Notes: a model not told the origin generated them from the sequence alone. 64,000 nt of DNA from Pseudomonadota bacterium (GCA_030538605.1 JAUNTQ010000007.1:10259-74258); one strand, 5' to 3'. Positions 33,455 to 43,972 are shown, counted from the first letter of the stretch. Made by a program: numbers and translations.

Positions 33455-34353
33455 GCAGACACCGCCTGCGCGCGGGCGGCGGGCGTGACCTGGCACGCGG
33501 CAGCCAGCGTCACGCTGCGCAGGCCGCGCGCGCGCAGGGCGGCGATCAGGCCGGGCAGCACGGCCAGCACCACCGGCTCGCCCGCAGGCGTGCGCGCGGC
33601 ATGGCCGTCGTGCAGCAGCAGGATGTCGCCTGCGGCCAGCCCGCGCGTCAGGCGCGCGAGCACGGTGGCGGCGTGGCTGGTGCGGGTGTCGTAGGCGCGG
33701 CGCGTCCAGCTGGCCAGGTGCAGGCCGTGGCGCACCAGCACGGGCTGCAAGAACGGGTTGCGCAGCCCTGCCACGGCGCGGAAGAAGCGCGGCGCACGGC
33801 CAGCCACCTCGGCCAGCGTGCGCTGCGCCGCTGCCACCTCGCGCGCCATGCGGCGCGGGCCATGGAGCGAAAACGCATGCGGATGCGTTTGCGTGTGGTT
33901 CTCCAGCGCGTGGCCGCGCCGCACGATCTCGCGCGCCAGCGCCGGGTGGCGCTGCACCTGCTCGCCAATGCAAAAGAAGGTGGCACGCATGCCCGCCGCA
34001 TCCAGCATGTCGAGCACGTGCGGCGTGGTGGCGGGGTCGGGCCCGTCGTCAAACGTCAGCGCCACCTCGCCCCGCGCGGCAGCCGCCGCAGGCAGGCGCA
34101 CGAGATTGGGGCCGAGCCACCGGCAGCGCGGCAGCAGGCCCGCCCCGGTGATGGCCGCATGGTTGGCCACCACCAGCGCCAGCCACCCGGCCCATGCGCC
34201 AGGCACCAGCAGCACGCCCAGCAGCGCCCCGACATGCAGCGCGGCGCTGCCCCACAAGAAGGCGCTGGGCATGTAACGGGGCGCGGGTGGCGAATCCAGA
34301 AAGGCCTGGGGCAAAGACATGCGGGCGATTATCGGCGAGCGTTGTCTGGTCAT
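33451..34353 (-). CDS. Polysaccharide deacetylase (NodB homology) with an N-terminal TM segment
   Basis: TFDDGPDP, HTQTHP and LLHDG motifs; start at 34353 or 34320. Confidence 0.7.
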   Translation of the reverse strand: MTRQRSPIIARMSLPQAFLDSPPAPRYMPSAFLWGSAALHVGALLGVLLVPGAWAGWLALVVANHAAITGAGLLPRCRWLGPNLVRLPAAAAARGEVALTFDDGPDPATTPHVLDMLDAAGMRATFFCIGEQVQRHPALAREIVRRGHALENHTQTHPHAFSLHGPRRMAREVAAAQRTLAEVAGRAPRFFRAVAGLRNPFLQPVLVRHGLHLASWTRRAYDTRTSHAATVLARLTRGLAAGDILLLHDGHAARTPAGEPVVLAVLPGLIAALRARGLRSVTLAAACQVTPAARAQAVSA

Positions 34354-34463
34354 ATTTTTCAAACCATATTCGAAACATTCCCTTGTGTATAAAGCGCAAA
34401 CAGCTATCTTTATCAAAGTATTGCCGGGCCGCCTGTCACGCCGCGCCGCTATGCTGCCGGCCC

Positions 34464-35711
34464 ATGCCAAGCACACCTGCGCACCCTGCCCCGCCTCGCG
34501 CCAGCGCCTGGGAGGTGCTGCGCATCTTCACTCGCCTGGGGCTGACCAGCTTTGGCGGGCCGGTGGCGCATCTGGGCTACTTTCGCACCGAATTTGTCGA
34601 GCGCCGCCGCTGGCTGAGTGAGGCCGCCTATGCCGAGCTGGTGGCGCTGTGCCAGTTTCTGCCCGGCCCGGCCAGCAGCCAGGTGGGCATGGCGCTGGGC
34701 TTGCAGCGCGCGGGCTATGCAGGGGCGGCGGCGGCGTGGGCGGGGTTCACGCTGCCTTCGGCCATCGCGTTGGTCTTGTTCGCACTGGGCTTGGCGCGGC
34801 TGGGCACCGACAGCGCCTGGGGGCAAGGCGCGCTGCATGGGCTGAAGGTGGTGGCCGTGGCCGTGGTGGCGCAGGCCGTGTGGGGCATGGCGCGCACGCT
34901 GTGCCCCGACTGGCCGCGCCGCGCGCTGGCGGTGGCCGTGGCCGCGCTGGCGCTGCTGTGGCCCACGCCGTGGACGCAAGTGGGCCTGATGGCGCTGGCA
35001 GGCACGCTGGGCGCGGCGGGGTGGCTGCGCACGCCAGCAGCGCCCACGGGCATGGCAGGCACGCCGCCGGGCGGCGGGGCCACGCGGCTGGCCGCGCTGT
35101 GGCTGACGCTGTTTGTGGCGCTGCTGCTGGGCCTGCCGCTGCTGGCGGCGCTGACGGCAGGCAGCGGCGCGCACGCGGGCGTGGCGCTGGTCGATGCGTT
35201 TTACCGCGCGGGGGCGCTGGTGTTTGGCGGCGGGCACGTGGTGCTGCCGCTGTTGCAGGCCGAGGTGGTGCCCAGCGGCTGGGTGAGCCACGAGCAGTTT
35301 CTGGCGGGCTACGGCGCGGCGCAGGCGGTGCCAGGGCCGCTGTTCACGTTTGCGGCGTTTTTGGGCGCGGCGCGGGCCGATGCGCCCACGGGCTGGTTGG
35401 GCGGCTTCATTGCGCTGCTGGCGATTTTTGCGCCGGCTTTTTTGCTGGTGGCCGGTGCGCTGCCTTTTTGGGAGCGCCTGCGGCATAACCAGAAAGCGCG
35501 GCAAGCCCTTTTGGCCGTCAACGCCGCCGTGGTGGGCGTGCTGCTGGCCGCGCTGATGCACCCCGTGGGCACGCACGGGCTGACCAGCGTGGCCGATGCG
35601 CTGCTGGCCGCCTCCGCGCTGGTGGCGCTGATGCGCTTCAAGGCACCGCCGTGGGCGGTGGTGCTGGCTTGTGCGGTGGCGGGGGCTTTGATGGGGATTG
35701 TGGCTGCTTGA
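34464..35711 (+). CDS. chrA: Chromate ion transporter (two-domain CHR family)
   Basis: RIFTRLGLTSFGGPVAHLGY and, in the second half, FGGGHVVLPLL repeat motifs. Confidence 0.8.
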   Translation: MPSTPAHPAPPRASAWEVLRIFTRLGLTSFGGPVAHLGYFRTEFVERRRWLSEAAYAELVALCQFLPGPASSQVGMALGLQRAGYAGAAAAWAGFTLPSAIALVLFALGLARLGTDSAWGQGALHGLKVVAVAVVAQAVWGMARTLCPDWPRRALAVAVAALALLWPTPWTQVGLMALAGTLGAAGWLRTPAAPTGMAGTPPGGGATRLAALWLTLFVALLLGLPLLAALTAGSGAHAGVALVDAFYRAGALVFGGGHVVLPLLQAEVVPSGWVSHEQFLAGYGAAQAVPGPLFTFAAFLGAARADAPTGWLGGFIALLAIFAPAFLLVAGALPFWERLRHNQKARQALLAVNAAVVGVLLAALMHPVGTHGLTSVADALLAASALVALMRFKAPPWAVVLACAVAGALMGIVAA

Positions 35712-35751
35712 TATGCTGCGGCGCACCTCGCACTTTTCACCTGTTCACACC

Positions 35752-36048
35752 ATGCTGTTCGCCGTTGTGTTCACCGACAAGCCGGGCCAGGGCGCGCTGC
35801 GGCAAGCGCATTTGCAGGCCCACATCGACTGGATTGATGCCCACAAGCATGCAGTGCTGGTGGCTGGTTCGTTGCGCAAAGAACCCGGCGACGTGCCGCG
35901 TGGCGGGCTGTGGCTGGTCGAGGCCGAATCAAAAGACGCCGTGCAGGCGCTGATGCAGAGCGACCCGTTTTTCACCTGCGGCCTGCGCCAGCAGATAGAG
36001 GTGCTGCATTACTCGAAAGCGCTGCCCGATCACCGGGCGCTGGTGTAA
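35752..36048 (+). CDS. YciI-like protein
   Basis: 98 aa, MLFAVVFTDKPG start, YciI-like fold length. Confidence 0.55.
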   Translation: MLFAVVFTDKPGQGALRQAHLQAHIDWIDAHKHAVLVAGSLRKEPGDVPRGGLWLVEAESKDAVQALMQSDPFFTCGLRQQIEVLHYSKALPDHRALV

Positions 36049-36053
36049 GCCGG

Positions 36054-36620
36054 TCAACCCAGCTGGTCCAGATCGGCATAGACCTCGGCCAGATCGACTT
36101 CGGCGTCCAGGCATTGCAGGGTAAAGCTGCCGCGCACGATCACCTGGTGCTGCCAGCGGCCATCGCCTTGCCTGGTGTAGAGGTCGGCGTGCACGCGGTC
36201 CTGGCGCAGCAGCAGGTATTCGCGCAGGCTGGGCAAGAGGCGGTAGGCCAGCAGTTTTTCGCGCGTGTCGATGCGCTCGCTGGAGGGCGAGATGACTTCG
36301 ACGATGAGGCAGGGGCTGCGGGTGAACAGCGGGTCTCGGTCTTGCGGATCACAACTGGCGACCAGATCGGGGTAATAAAAGTAGCTGTCGCCGTCATGGT
36401 CGATGCGCACTTTCATGCGTGACGCGAAAAGCTGGCAACGCTTTTGCCGCGCGTGGCGGTGCAGCGCGGCGAACAGCGCGCCAGCGATCAGGCAGTGTGC
36501 GTCGCTGAAATCGCTCATGGGCGTTACTTGCCCGGCGAAGTATTCGTGCTTGATGTCGGTGTGCTGCTGGCTTTCGAGGTAGTCGGCAACAGAGATCAGG
36601 GGTTGGGGCGCAGTGGTCAT
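36054..36620 (-). CDS. Uma2-family (DUF820) endonuclease-like protein
   Basis: ISVADYLESQ...IVEVISPSSERID...YLLL motif pattern of the Uma2 family. Confidence 0.65.
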   Translation of the reverse strand: MTTAPQPLISVADYLESQQHTDIKHEYFAGQVTPMSDFSDAHCLIAGALFAALHRHARQKRCQLFASRMKVRIDHDGDSYFYYPDLVASCDPQDRDPLFTRSPCLIVEVISPSSERIDTREKLLAYRLLPSLREYLLLRQDRVHADLYTRQGDGRWQHQVIVRGSFTLQCLDAEVDLAEVYADLDQLG

Positions 36621-36663
36621 GCCGGGTGCCTCGGGCGCATGTGAGAAAGCACAAAAAGCTGTC

Positions 36664-38277
36664 TCACACCGCCGCCAGCAGCTTCTGCGTGTAGGCGTTT
36701 TGCGGCTGCTCCAGCACGGCGGCGGCGGGGCCGTGTTCGACCACTTCACCGTCTTTCAGCACCATCACGTCGTGTGCCATGGCGCGCACCACGTCCACGT
36801 CGTGCGTGATGAGCAGATACGCCAGACCGCGCTCTTTTTGCAGGGTTTGCAGCAGCGCGAGCACCTGTTTTTGAATGGTCACGTCGAGCGCGCTGGTGGG
36901 CTCGTCCAGCACCAGCAGATCCGGCCCCACGATGAGCGCGCGCGCCAGGGCGATGCGCTGGCGCTGGCCACCGGAGAATTCATGCGGGTAGCGCGCCAGC
37001 AGGTGGGGGAACTGCGCCTCGGTCAAACCCACTTCGGCCAGTGCCGCACGCACGCGCTCGGTGCGCTCGGGCGCGGGCACATCGGGCGCGTGCACGCGCA
37101 AGCCTTCGCCCACGATGTCTTGCACCGTCATGCGGGGCGACAGGGACGAGAACGGGTCTTGAAACACCACCTGCACCACGCGGCGCAGTGCGCGGTCTGC
37201 CGCGCCCTTGCCCGCCCAGGCCTGCCCTGCCACGCGCAGCTCGCCTGCGACCTGGGCCGGGGGCAGCAGGCCCAGCGCGGCCATCGCCAGGGTGGATTTG
37301 CCCGAGCCGGATTCGCCAATCACCCCCAGCGTGCGGCCCGGCGCGATGGACAGGTCAGCGCCTTGCACGGCAACGAACGCGCCCTTCCTGAACCAGCCGC
37401 GCACGCCGGGCAGCGGCGTGGGGTAGCTCACGCGCAAGGCCTGTGCGGCCAGCACGGGGGCCGCACCGGGCGGGGGTGCGGCCTCATTCACGTCGCGCTC
37501 GGGGCGGCTGGCGATGAGTTTTTGCGTGTAGGGGTGTTGCGGCGCGCCGAAGACCTGTGCCGTGCCGCCCTGCTCCACCAGCTTGCCGTGCTGCATGACG
37601 GCCACGCGGTCGGCAAAGCGGCGCACCAGCTGCAAGTCGTGCGTGATCATGAGCACGGCCATGCCGTATTCCTGCCGCAGCTGTTCGAGCAAATCCAGTA
37701 TCTGCCCGCGCAGGCTCACGTCGAGCGCGGTGGTGGGCTCGTCGGCCAGCAGCAGCTTGGGCGCGCAGGCCAGCGCCATGGCGATCATGGCGCGCTGGCG
37801 CTGGCCGCCACTCAACTGGTGCGGAAACGCGCCTGCCCGCCGCGCGGCATCGGGAATGCCGGTTTTTGCTATCAATTCAATGGCTTCTTGCGCCGCCTGC
37901 GCGCGGGAAACAGCCTTTTTCAGCCGCAAGACCTCGGCGATCTGCTCGCCCACGGGCATGAGCGGGTTGAGCGCCGTCATCGGCTCCTGAAAAATCATGG
38001 CGATGTCGTCACCGCGCAGCGCGCGCATGGCGCGCTCGGGGACGCTAAGCAAGTCGCGCGTTTGCCCGCCATCGTTGAACAGCGCCTGCCCTGCCAGCCT
38101 GGCGCTGTCAGGCAACAGCCGCAGCAGCGCCAGCGCCGTGACCGACTTGCCCGAGCCGGATTCGCCCACCAGCGCCAGCTTTTCGCCGGGGGCGATGGAA
38201 AAGGACACGCCATCGACCACTGTCTTGGGGCCGAAGGCGACGTGCAGATTTTGAACGTCGAGCAAGGGCACCGTCAT
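36664..38277 (-). CDS. ABC transporter ATP-binding protein with duplicated ATPase domains (YejF-like)
   Basis: Two Walker A (GESGSGKS) and two LSGGQRQR signature motifs. Confidence 0.85.
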   Translation of the reverse strand: MTVPLLDVQNLHVAFGPKTVVDGVSFSIAPGEKLALVGESGSGKSVTALALLRLLPDSARLAGQALFNDGGQTRDLLSVPERAMRALRGDDIAMIFQEPMTALNPLMPVGEQIAEVLRLKKAVSRAQAAQEAIELIAKTGIPDAARRAGAFPHQLSGGQRQRAMIAMALACAPKLLLADEPTTALDVSLRGQILDLLEQLRQEYGMAVLMITHDLQLVRRFADRVAVMQHGKLVEQGGTAQVFGAPQHPYTQKLIASRPERDVNEAAPPPGAAPVLAAQALRVSYPTPLPGVRGWFRKGAFVAVQGADLSIAPGRTLGVIGESGSGKSTLAMAALGLLPPAQVAGELRVAGQAWAGKGAADRALRRVVQVVFQDPFSSLSPRMTVQDIVGEGLRVHAPDVPAPERTERVRAALAEVGLTEAQFPHLLARYPHEFSGGQRQRIALARALIVGPDLLVLDEPTSALDVTIQKQVLALLQTLQKERGLAYLLITHDVDVVRAMAHDVMVLKDGEVVEHGPAAAVLEQPQNAYTQKLLAAV

Positions 38278-38296
38278 GGGCAGGCTCCACCAAGGC

Positions 38297-38396
38297 TTTC
38301 ACCGCACAGGCGCAGAGTAGCCAGAGATGTGCAAAGAAAAGGCATGGCCTTTCCTCTGCGGCATCTCTGCGTTCTCTGCGCCTCTGCGGTGAAGGT
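38297..38396. repeat. REP-like inverted repeat family B, copy 1
   Basis: TTTCACCGCACAGGCGCAGAG ... CTCTGCGTTCTCTGCGCCTCTGCGGTGAAGG; the same element is at 49070-49167. Confidence 0.65.
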
Positions 38397-38404
38397 TTTT
38401 TGTC

Positions 38405-39472
38405 TCATGTGTCAGCCTTTCGTGGATCAAGCGCATCGCGCAGCGCATCGCCCATGAAGGTGAGCAGCAGCAGCGTGCCCACCAGCACGGCGAAAGTGGA
38501 CAGCGAGATCCACCAAGCGTCGATGTTGTTCTTGCCCTGCGACAGCAATTCGCCCAGCGATGGCGTGCCGGGCGGCACGCCCAGGCCAAGGAAGTCGAGC
38601 GAGGTCAGCGCCAGGATGGCCGCGCTCATCCGAAACGGCAAAAACGTGACCACCGGCGTCATGCTGTTGGGCAGGATGTGGTGCCAGATGATTTGCCGGC
38701 TGGGCACGCCCAAGGCGCGCGCGCCTTTGACGTAGTCAAGCTGGCGGTTGCGCAAAAATTCGGCGCGCACGTAGTCCGACAGGCCCATCCAACCGAACAG
38801 ACTGAGCAGCACCAGCAGCAGGCCCAGGCTGGGCGCGAGGATGGCGCTGAAGATGATGAGCAGATACAGCTCGGGCATGGATCCCCACACCTCGATGAAG
38901 CGCTGGAACGCCAGGTCGGTCTTGCCGCCGAAAAAGCCCTGCACCGCGCCCGCCGCCACGCCAAGAATGACGCCCACCGTGGTGAGCGCCAGCGCAAACA
39001 GCACGCTGATGCGAAAGCCGTAGATGAGCTGCGCGAGCAGGTCACGCCCGCGGTCGTCGGTGCCCAGCCAGTTGTCACGGCTGGGGGCGCTGGGGTTGGG
39101 CTGTTTGGCGAAGTAGTTCAGCGTCTTGCTGCCATACGGGTTGGGCGGGTAGATGGCCCAGTTGCCGGGCTTGGCAAATTGCTGGCGGATGAAGGGGTCG
39201 AGGTAGTCGGTCTCGGTGTCGAAGTCGCCGCCGAACACGGTTTCGGGCAAGCTTTGGGCGATGGGAAAGTAAAGCTGGCCGTCATGGCGGGCGATGAGCG
39301 GTTTGTCGTTGCTGAGCACCTCGGCCAGCAAGCTGGCGATGACCAGCGCGCAAAACAGCACCAGGCTGACAAAGCCCAGCCGGTTGCGCCGAAAGCGCTG
39401 CCATGCGCGGCGCGCAGGCGAGACACTGGCGAAGGCGGCAGGGGGGGGGTTGTGCATGGCGGCGGCAGACAC
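38405..39472 (-). CDS. ABC transporter permease (YejE/OppC-like)
   Basis: Polytopic 355 aa with a binding-protein-dependent permease EAA-like loop. Confidence 0.8.
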   Translation of the reverse strand: MSAAAMHNPPPAAFASVSPARRAWQRFRRNRLGFVSLVLFCALVIASLLAEVLSNDKPLIARHDGQLYFPIAQSLPETVFGGDFDTETDYLDPFIRQQFAKPGNWAIYPPNPYGSKTLNYFAKQPNPSAPSRDNWLGTDDRGRDLLAQLIYGFRISVLFALALTTVGVILGVAAGAVQGFFGGKTDLAFQRFIEVWGSMPELYLLIIFSAILAPSLGLLLVLLSLFGWMGLSDYVRAEFLRNRQLDYVKGARALGVPSRQIIWHHILPNSMTPVVTFLPFRMSAAILALTSLDFLGLGVPPGTPSLGELLSQGKNNIDAWWISLSTFAVLVGTLLLLTFMGDALRDALDPRKADT

Positions 39473-39478
39473 GCGCGT

Positions 39479-39883
39479 TCAGCGCTCGAACGGGTTCAGC
39501 ACGGTGATGCCGCAGCCGTCAAAGTCGCGCACGTTGCGCGTGACCAGCGTCAGGGCGTGCAGCTGGGCGGTGGCGGCAATGAGCATGTCGGCTTGCGAGC
39601 GCACCTGGCCGCGCAGCGCGAAAGCGCCTCGCAGTTCACCGGCGCGTCTGGCAATCGACTGGGACACTGGCAGCACGATGTTGTTTTCAAGCATGTCATT
39701 GAAACGGGCTGACGCGCGGGGCTTCGGCTTGCGTGCCAAGTCATAGGCGATGTCGTCTACCGTGACGACCGACAGAGACAATTGAGCCGCAGGCGCACGC
39801 ATTGCCTCAAGCCACGCCATGACGGTTTCATCCGGCTGGCGGCGCGTCAATTCCTTGACGATGCTGGTGTCGATCAAAAACAC
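39479..39883 (-). CDS. vapC: PIN-domain toxin (VapC-like)
   Basis: MFLIDTSIVKEL... with a conserved acidic residue pattern, 134 aa, 18 bp downstream of the antitoxin. Confidence 0.7.
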   Translation of the reverse strand: MFLIDTSIVKELTRRQPDETVMAWLEAMRAPAAQLSLSVVTVDDIAYDLARKPKPRASARFNDMLENNIVLPVSQSIARRAGELRGAFALRGQVRSQADMLIAATAQLHALTLVTRNVRDFDGCGITVLNPFER

Positions 39884-39901
39884 GGTGTGCTGCTCCAGCC
39901 G

Positions 39902-40216
39902 TTATGCCTCATCGCCCCGGTCGTGCGGCTCGTCCACCAACGGGTTGTAGCGATCAACCCTGGGGGGAATTTCGATGCCGTCTTCGGCACCTTCTTCGAT
40001 GAGCGCCTTGCGGATTTGTGCAAACTGCTCGGCCAGCGTGGGCCGCTGCTGCTTCACCTTCCACTCGCGATAAGCCTCGAACTCCTCGGCTGAAATCACC
40101 ATCGCCACCGGCTTGTCGCGGTTGTAGATGGCCTGCGGCTCGTTGGCGGCCAGGCGCACCACTTCGCTGAATTGCTGTTTGGCGTTTCCGATGTTCCAGT
40201 CCATGGGGCACCTCAC
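39902..40216 (-). CDS. Phd/YefM-type antitoxin
   Basis: MDWNIGNAKQQFSEVV N-terminus (the start may be at 40204). Confidence 0.6.
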   Translation of the reverse strand: MRCPMDWNIGNAKQQFSEVVRLAANEPQAIYNRDKPVAMVISAEEFEAYREWKVKQQRPTLAEQFAQIRKALIEEGAEDGIEIPPRVDRYNPLVDEPHDRGDEA

Positions 40217-40254
40217 TTGTCCAAATAGGTTTCAATTTTAGACAAGATGGCCAT

Positions 40255-40674
40255 TCAGGCCAATGCCAGCAGGTTCTGAAACGGCTGCTGGTTCTTGAAA
40301 CGGTACGCCCCAAAGTCGCGCTCGTCGGTGGTCAGGATGCGGCCATGGCCCAGGTGCTCGGCCAGCAGCACCAATGAGGCGTCGGCCAGATCCATGGGCA
40401 GATTGGCGTAGCGCGCCATCAAGGCGGGCAGGCGCACGCTGGTGTCTGCGGGCCATTGCCACACGGCGATGGCGCCGTCGGCCACCTCGCGCAACAGCGC
40501 CTGCGCGGCGTCGGGGCCGATCCAGCGCATCAACAGGTGCGTGGCTTCGGTCAGCACGGGCCAGGTGGTGATCCAGCCTTCGTCTTGCGTGCCGAGAGCG
40601 GCCACGGCGCGGGTGTGCCAGGCGTCGCCACGGTCGACCAGCGCGTAGAAAAAGCCCGCGTCGGCAATGATCAC
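40255..40674 (-). CDS. PIN-domain toxin (second VapC-like)
   Basis: 139 aa, MIIADAGFFYALVDRGD, 4-bp overlap with the upstream antitoxin. Confidence 0.65.
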   Translation of the reverse strand: MIIADAGFFYALVDRGDAWHTRAVAALGTQDEGWITTWPVLTEATHLLMRWIGPDAAQALLREVADGAIAVWQWPADTSVRLPALMARYANLPMDLADASLVLLAEHLGHGRILTTDERDFGAYRFKNQQPFQNLLALA

Positions 40675-40994
40675 GCGCCGCCCGCCGGTTGATCGATCTT
40701 GTAGGGCACGCGCGGCTCATGTACCGCATGGCGCGCAGGATCGGAGCCGCTGTGCTTGGCAGACCAACCTGCAGTCAGCCGCTTCTTGTAGGTGCTGGCC
40801 ACGTCGCCCCGTCCACTGTCGCCCTGCCCGACGAAGGCCGACAGGTGCTTCAGGCCGCTGCGTTGCGCACGCATGGCGTCGTAATAGCGCTGCACACTGG
40901 TGCGCAGCACCTCGCTCACACCCATGCCGGTCACCTCCGCCAAGTAGGTGACCTGCTGTTCGGCCTCGGCATCAAATCGGGCATTGACTCGCAT
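40671..40994 (-). CDS. Ribbon-helix-helix-type antitoxin
   Basis: 107 aa, MRVNARFDAEAEQQVTYLAEVTGMGVSEVL RHH-like N-terminus; ATGA coupling with the PIN gene. Confidence 0.5.
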   Translation of the reverse strand: MRVNARFDAEAEQQVTYLAEVTGMGVSEVLRTSVQRYYDAMRAQRSGLKHLSAFVGQGDSGRGDVASTYKKRLTAGWSAKHSGSDPARHAVHEPRVPYKIDQPAGGA

Positions 40995-41056
40995 GGCATC
41001 GTCCTTTTGTCATGCATTGTATGACAATCGCCGCACACCGCTCAACTGGCCCGGCG

Positions 41057-42352
41057 TCACAGCAGCTTCATCCGCCGCGCGCCTTCGGTCAGCTCGTCGC
41101 GGAATTGGGGGTGCGCAATGCCGATCAGTGCGCGGGCACGCTGCTTGGCGGTTTGGCCGCGCAACTGCGCCACGCCGTATTCGGTCACCACGTAGCTGAT
41201 GTCGTTCTTGCTGGTGCTGACATGCGTGCCGGGGCTGAGCACCGGGGCGATGCGCGAGATGGTGTCGCCCCTGGCGGTGGAGGGCAGCACGATGATGGCC
41301 TTGCCGCCCCGGCTGCGGTTGGCCGCGCGCACGAAGTCGCTTTGCCCGCCGGTGCCGGAATAGGGCTTGAAGCCCTGCGTCTCCGAGCCGCACTGGCCGA
41401 ACAAATCGATCTGCATGGTGCCGTTGATGGCGATCAGGCGGTCGTTCTGGCTGGCCAGATAGGGGTCGTTGGTGACGTCGACGGGGTGCATCTCCAGCGC
41501 GGGGTTGCGGTCCATGAAGTCGTAGAGCTTGCGCGAGCCCAGGCCGAAGGTGGCCACCATCTTGCCGGGCAGGTAGTTCTTGCGCCGGTTGGTGACCACG
41601 CCCGCATGCACCAGCGACAGGATGCCGTCGCCAATCATTTCGGTGTGGATGCCCAGGTCGTGCTTGTCGGTCAGCTGCATCACCACCGCGTCGGGGATGG
41701 CACCGTAGCCGATCTGCAGTGTGGCGCCGTCGTCGATCATGTCGGCCACGTATTTGCCGATGGCCTGCTGCACCGGGCCGATCTGGGGCAAACCGACTTC
41801 GGTGATGGGCGTCTCGTCCTCGACCAGCGCCGTGACCTGCGACACATGCACATGGCACTGCCCGCAGGCAAAGGGCACATGGGGATTGACCTCCAGCACC
41901 ACGGCGCGTGCCTTCTTGATGGCGGCCATGGTGTAGTCCGGCCCCAGGCTGAGGGCAAAGTAGCCGTGCGCATCCATGGGCGAGGCGAGCGTGAACACCA
42001 CGTCGGCCGGCATCAGGCCGCGGTCGATGAGCTGAGGCATCTCGGAGAAATACGACGCGCGGTAGTCCACCCAGCCTTCCTGCCCGCCCGCGCGCGAGGC
42101 GCCGCCGAAGAAATAGGCCGTGTGGCGCACGTGCGCTGCCGTAGCAGGGTCGAAATAGGCGAACTTGCGCACCGACAATATCTGCGACACCTCCACGCCG
42201 CGAAAGCGCGTGCGCTGCTCTGACAGCGCCGTCAGCAGCGCGGGCGGTTCACCCACGCCCGTGGGCACGACGATGGTGTCGCCATCCCGCACGTGTTGCA
42301 GTGCATCGGCCGCCGAGCAGCGCCGGGCCTGGTATTGCGCGTCGAAAGTCAT
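41057..42352 (-). CDS. Acetyl-CoA hydrolase/transferase family protein (CoA-transferase)
   Basis: 431 aa with family-wide similarity (GDTIVVPTGVGEP..., C-terminal GQSDFVRAA). Confidence 0.8.
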   Translation of the reverse strand: MTFDAQYQARRCSAADALQHVRDGDTIVVPTGVGEPPALLTALSEQRTRFRGVEVSQILSVRKFAYFDPATAAHVRHTAYFFGGASRAGGQEGWVDYRASYFSEMPQLIDRGLMPADVVFTLASPMDAHGYFALSLGPDYTMAAIKKARAVVLEVNPHVPFACGQCHVHVSQVTALVEDETPITEVGLPQIGPVQQAIGKYVADMIDDGATLQIGYGAIPDAVVMQLTDKHDLGIHTEMIGDGILSLVHAGVVTNRRKNYLPGKMVATFGLGSRKLYDFMDRNPALEMHPVDVTNDPYLASQNDRLIAINGTMQIDLFGQCGSETQGFKPYSGTGGQSDFVRAANRSRGGKAIIVLPSTARGDTISRIAPVLSPGTHVSTSKNDISYVVTEYGVAQLRGQTAKQRARALIGIAHPQFRDELTEGARRMKLL

Positions 42353-42502
42353 GGTTTGTCCTTGTGTGGTGGCAGGACGGCAACAGCCCTCCTGTGCCCG
42401 GGAAGTTTAGGCGCCCCCTGCCCAACAAGCACCGATCTGGCTGGGTGAATCGCCAACGGACACACCGCGCCATCGTGCGCGACCACGCGGTGTGCGGGTG
42501 CC

Positions 42503-43972
42503 TCAAGCCCGGCGGCGGCGCAGCGCTGGCGCGGCCAGTCCGGCCAGGCCCAGCCCCATCAGCATCAGCGCCCATTCGCCCAGCGTGGGCACCGCCGTCA
42601 CGCCAGCCGCCGTGGGCGCTGCCACCAGCGTGTTGGTGATCGTGAGCACTGGGATGCTCGTGGCCTGCAGCGTCACGGCGCCGGTGGGTGCAATGCTGGG
42701 CGTGCCCCAGGCCAGGCCGGCGGGTGCTGCCGGCAGCACCTGGCTGACGGTGCAGCTGATGCCCAGCGGCACACCGTCAATAACGGCCGTATCTGCCGCA
42801 CCGCTGTAGCTGAAGCTGCCCGGATAGGTCTGGCCGCCACAGGTGGCCTGAAACTGGAAGTCCGCCGTTTGGCCCGCAGGCCAGTTGGCGACGCTGTTGA
42901 GCTGCACCTGAATCATGCCCGCCAGCGGCGTGATGGTGACCTGGCCGTTGCCGCCGTGCGTGCGGACAAAACCCGTGGCGGCCGGCCAAACCGTCTCGGC
43001 TGGCCCGCCAGTGCCGCCTGTCAGTGCGGCACTCACCACACGCACCTGCTCTGCCGTGGCTGCATAAAAGCACGAGCCACCACCCGTGCCTTCTGTCGCC
43101 TCGAAAGCGCCAGGGTAGCCCTGCCCCTGACCGTCGTAACCGTACAGGCCGCCGCTGCCCGGCACGTGACCACCACCACCGCCACCGCCACCGCCGCCGT
43201 CCTCGGTGGCAATCGGCAATCCGGCACGGCCCATGCTGCCGACATGGCCCTGAATAGTCTCACCGGCTTCGCCGTTGCCAAAGCCTTGGGCGCAGCCCAG
43301 GTCGCTGGCCAGCGCGGTCGTGCCCACAGCGCCGCGGCCACCGTCGGTGGCCCCGCCAGTCACGCTGTCGCCCGAGCCGCCGCCGCCGCCGCCCGCGTGC
43401 AGGGCAAAGCTGCGCCCCGCCCAGCCCCCGGCGTCGAAAGACACCATGGAGCTGCCGCCGCCACCACCACCGCCACCACTGAAACCGACGCCGTTATGGC
43501 CCGGCTCGCCGCCACGGCCGCCCGCCGACGCACCCGCGCCGCCAGCACCCGCCCAAGGCGCGGGAAGGTAGGGCGTGCGCACCCGGGGTGTGCCGCTACT
43601 CAACGCGCCGAAGTTGGACGTGCCGCCCTCGCCCCCACCGCCGACCACCACGGCCAGCGCATCGCCGGGCGTCACCTTGACGACCGCCGACAGGGCACCG
43701 CCCTGCCCGCCTGCACCGGCCCGGGTGTTGTCATACCCGCCGCCGCCGCCGCCCGCACCCGCGATATCGACCTGAACAGAGGTCACGTTGACCGGCACGG
43801 CATAGCTGTCTGCGCCCGGCGTGGCCCAGCTTTGCTGCGCCCACGCCGTGCCCGCCGTCAAGGCCGCAAACGCGCCGGCCAGGCCCGCTGCGGCCACCTG
43901 CCTGGCAGCGCCTGCCAACGGGCGGACAGCACTGGGGAGAACGCGGGGAGATGCGCTGGATGTTCTTTTCAT
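42503..43972 (-). CDS. Secreted glycine-rich repeat protein with an IPTL-CTERM sorting signal
   Basis: Signal peptide; long GGGGG/GxGG tracts; C-terminus PTLGEWALMLMGLGLAGLAAPALRRRRA matches the IPTL-CTERM pattern. Confidence 0.6.
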   Translation of the reverse strand: MKRTSSASPRVLPSAVRPLAGAARQVAAAGLAGAFAALTAGTAWAQQSWATPGADSYAVPVNVTSVQVDIAGAGGGGGGYDNTRAGAGGQGGALSAVVKVTPGDALAVVVGGGGEGGTSNFGALSSGTPRVRTPYLPAPWAGAGGAGASAGGRGGEPGHNGVGFSGGGGGGGGSSMVSFDAGGWAGRSFALHAGGGGGGSGDSVTGGATDGGRGAVGTTALASDLGCAQGFGNGEAGETIQGHVGSMGRAGLPIATEDGGGGGGGGGGHVPGSGGLYGYDGQGQGYPGAFEATEGTGGGSCFYAATAEQVRVVSAALTGGTGGPAETVWPAATGFVRTHGGNGQVTITPLAGMIQVQLNSVANWPAGQTADFQFQATCGGQTYPGSFSYSGAADTAVIDGVPLGISCTVSQVLPAAPAGLAWGTPSIAPTGAVTLQATSIPVLTITNTLVAAPTAAGVTAVPTLGEWALMLMGLGLAGLAAPALRRRRA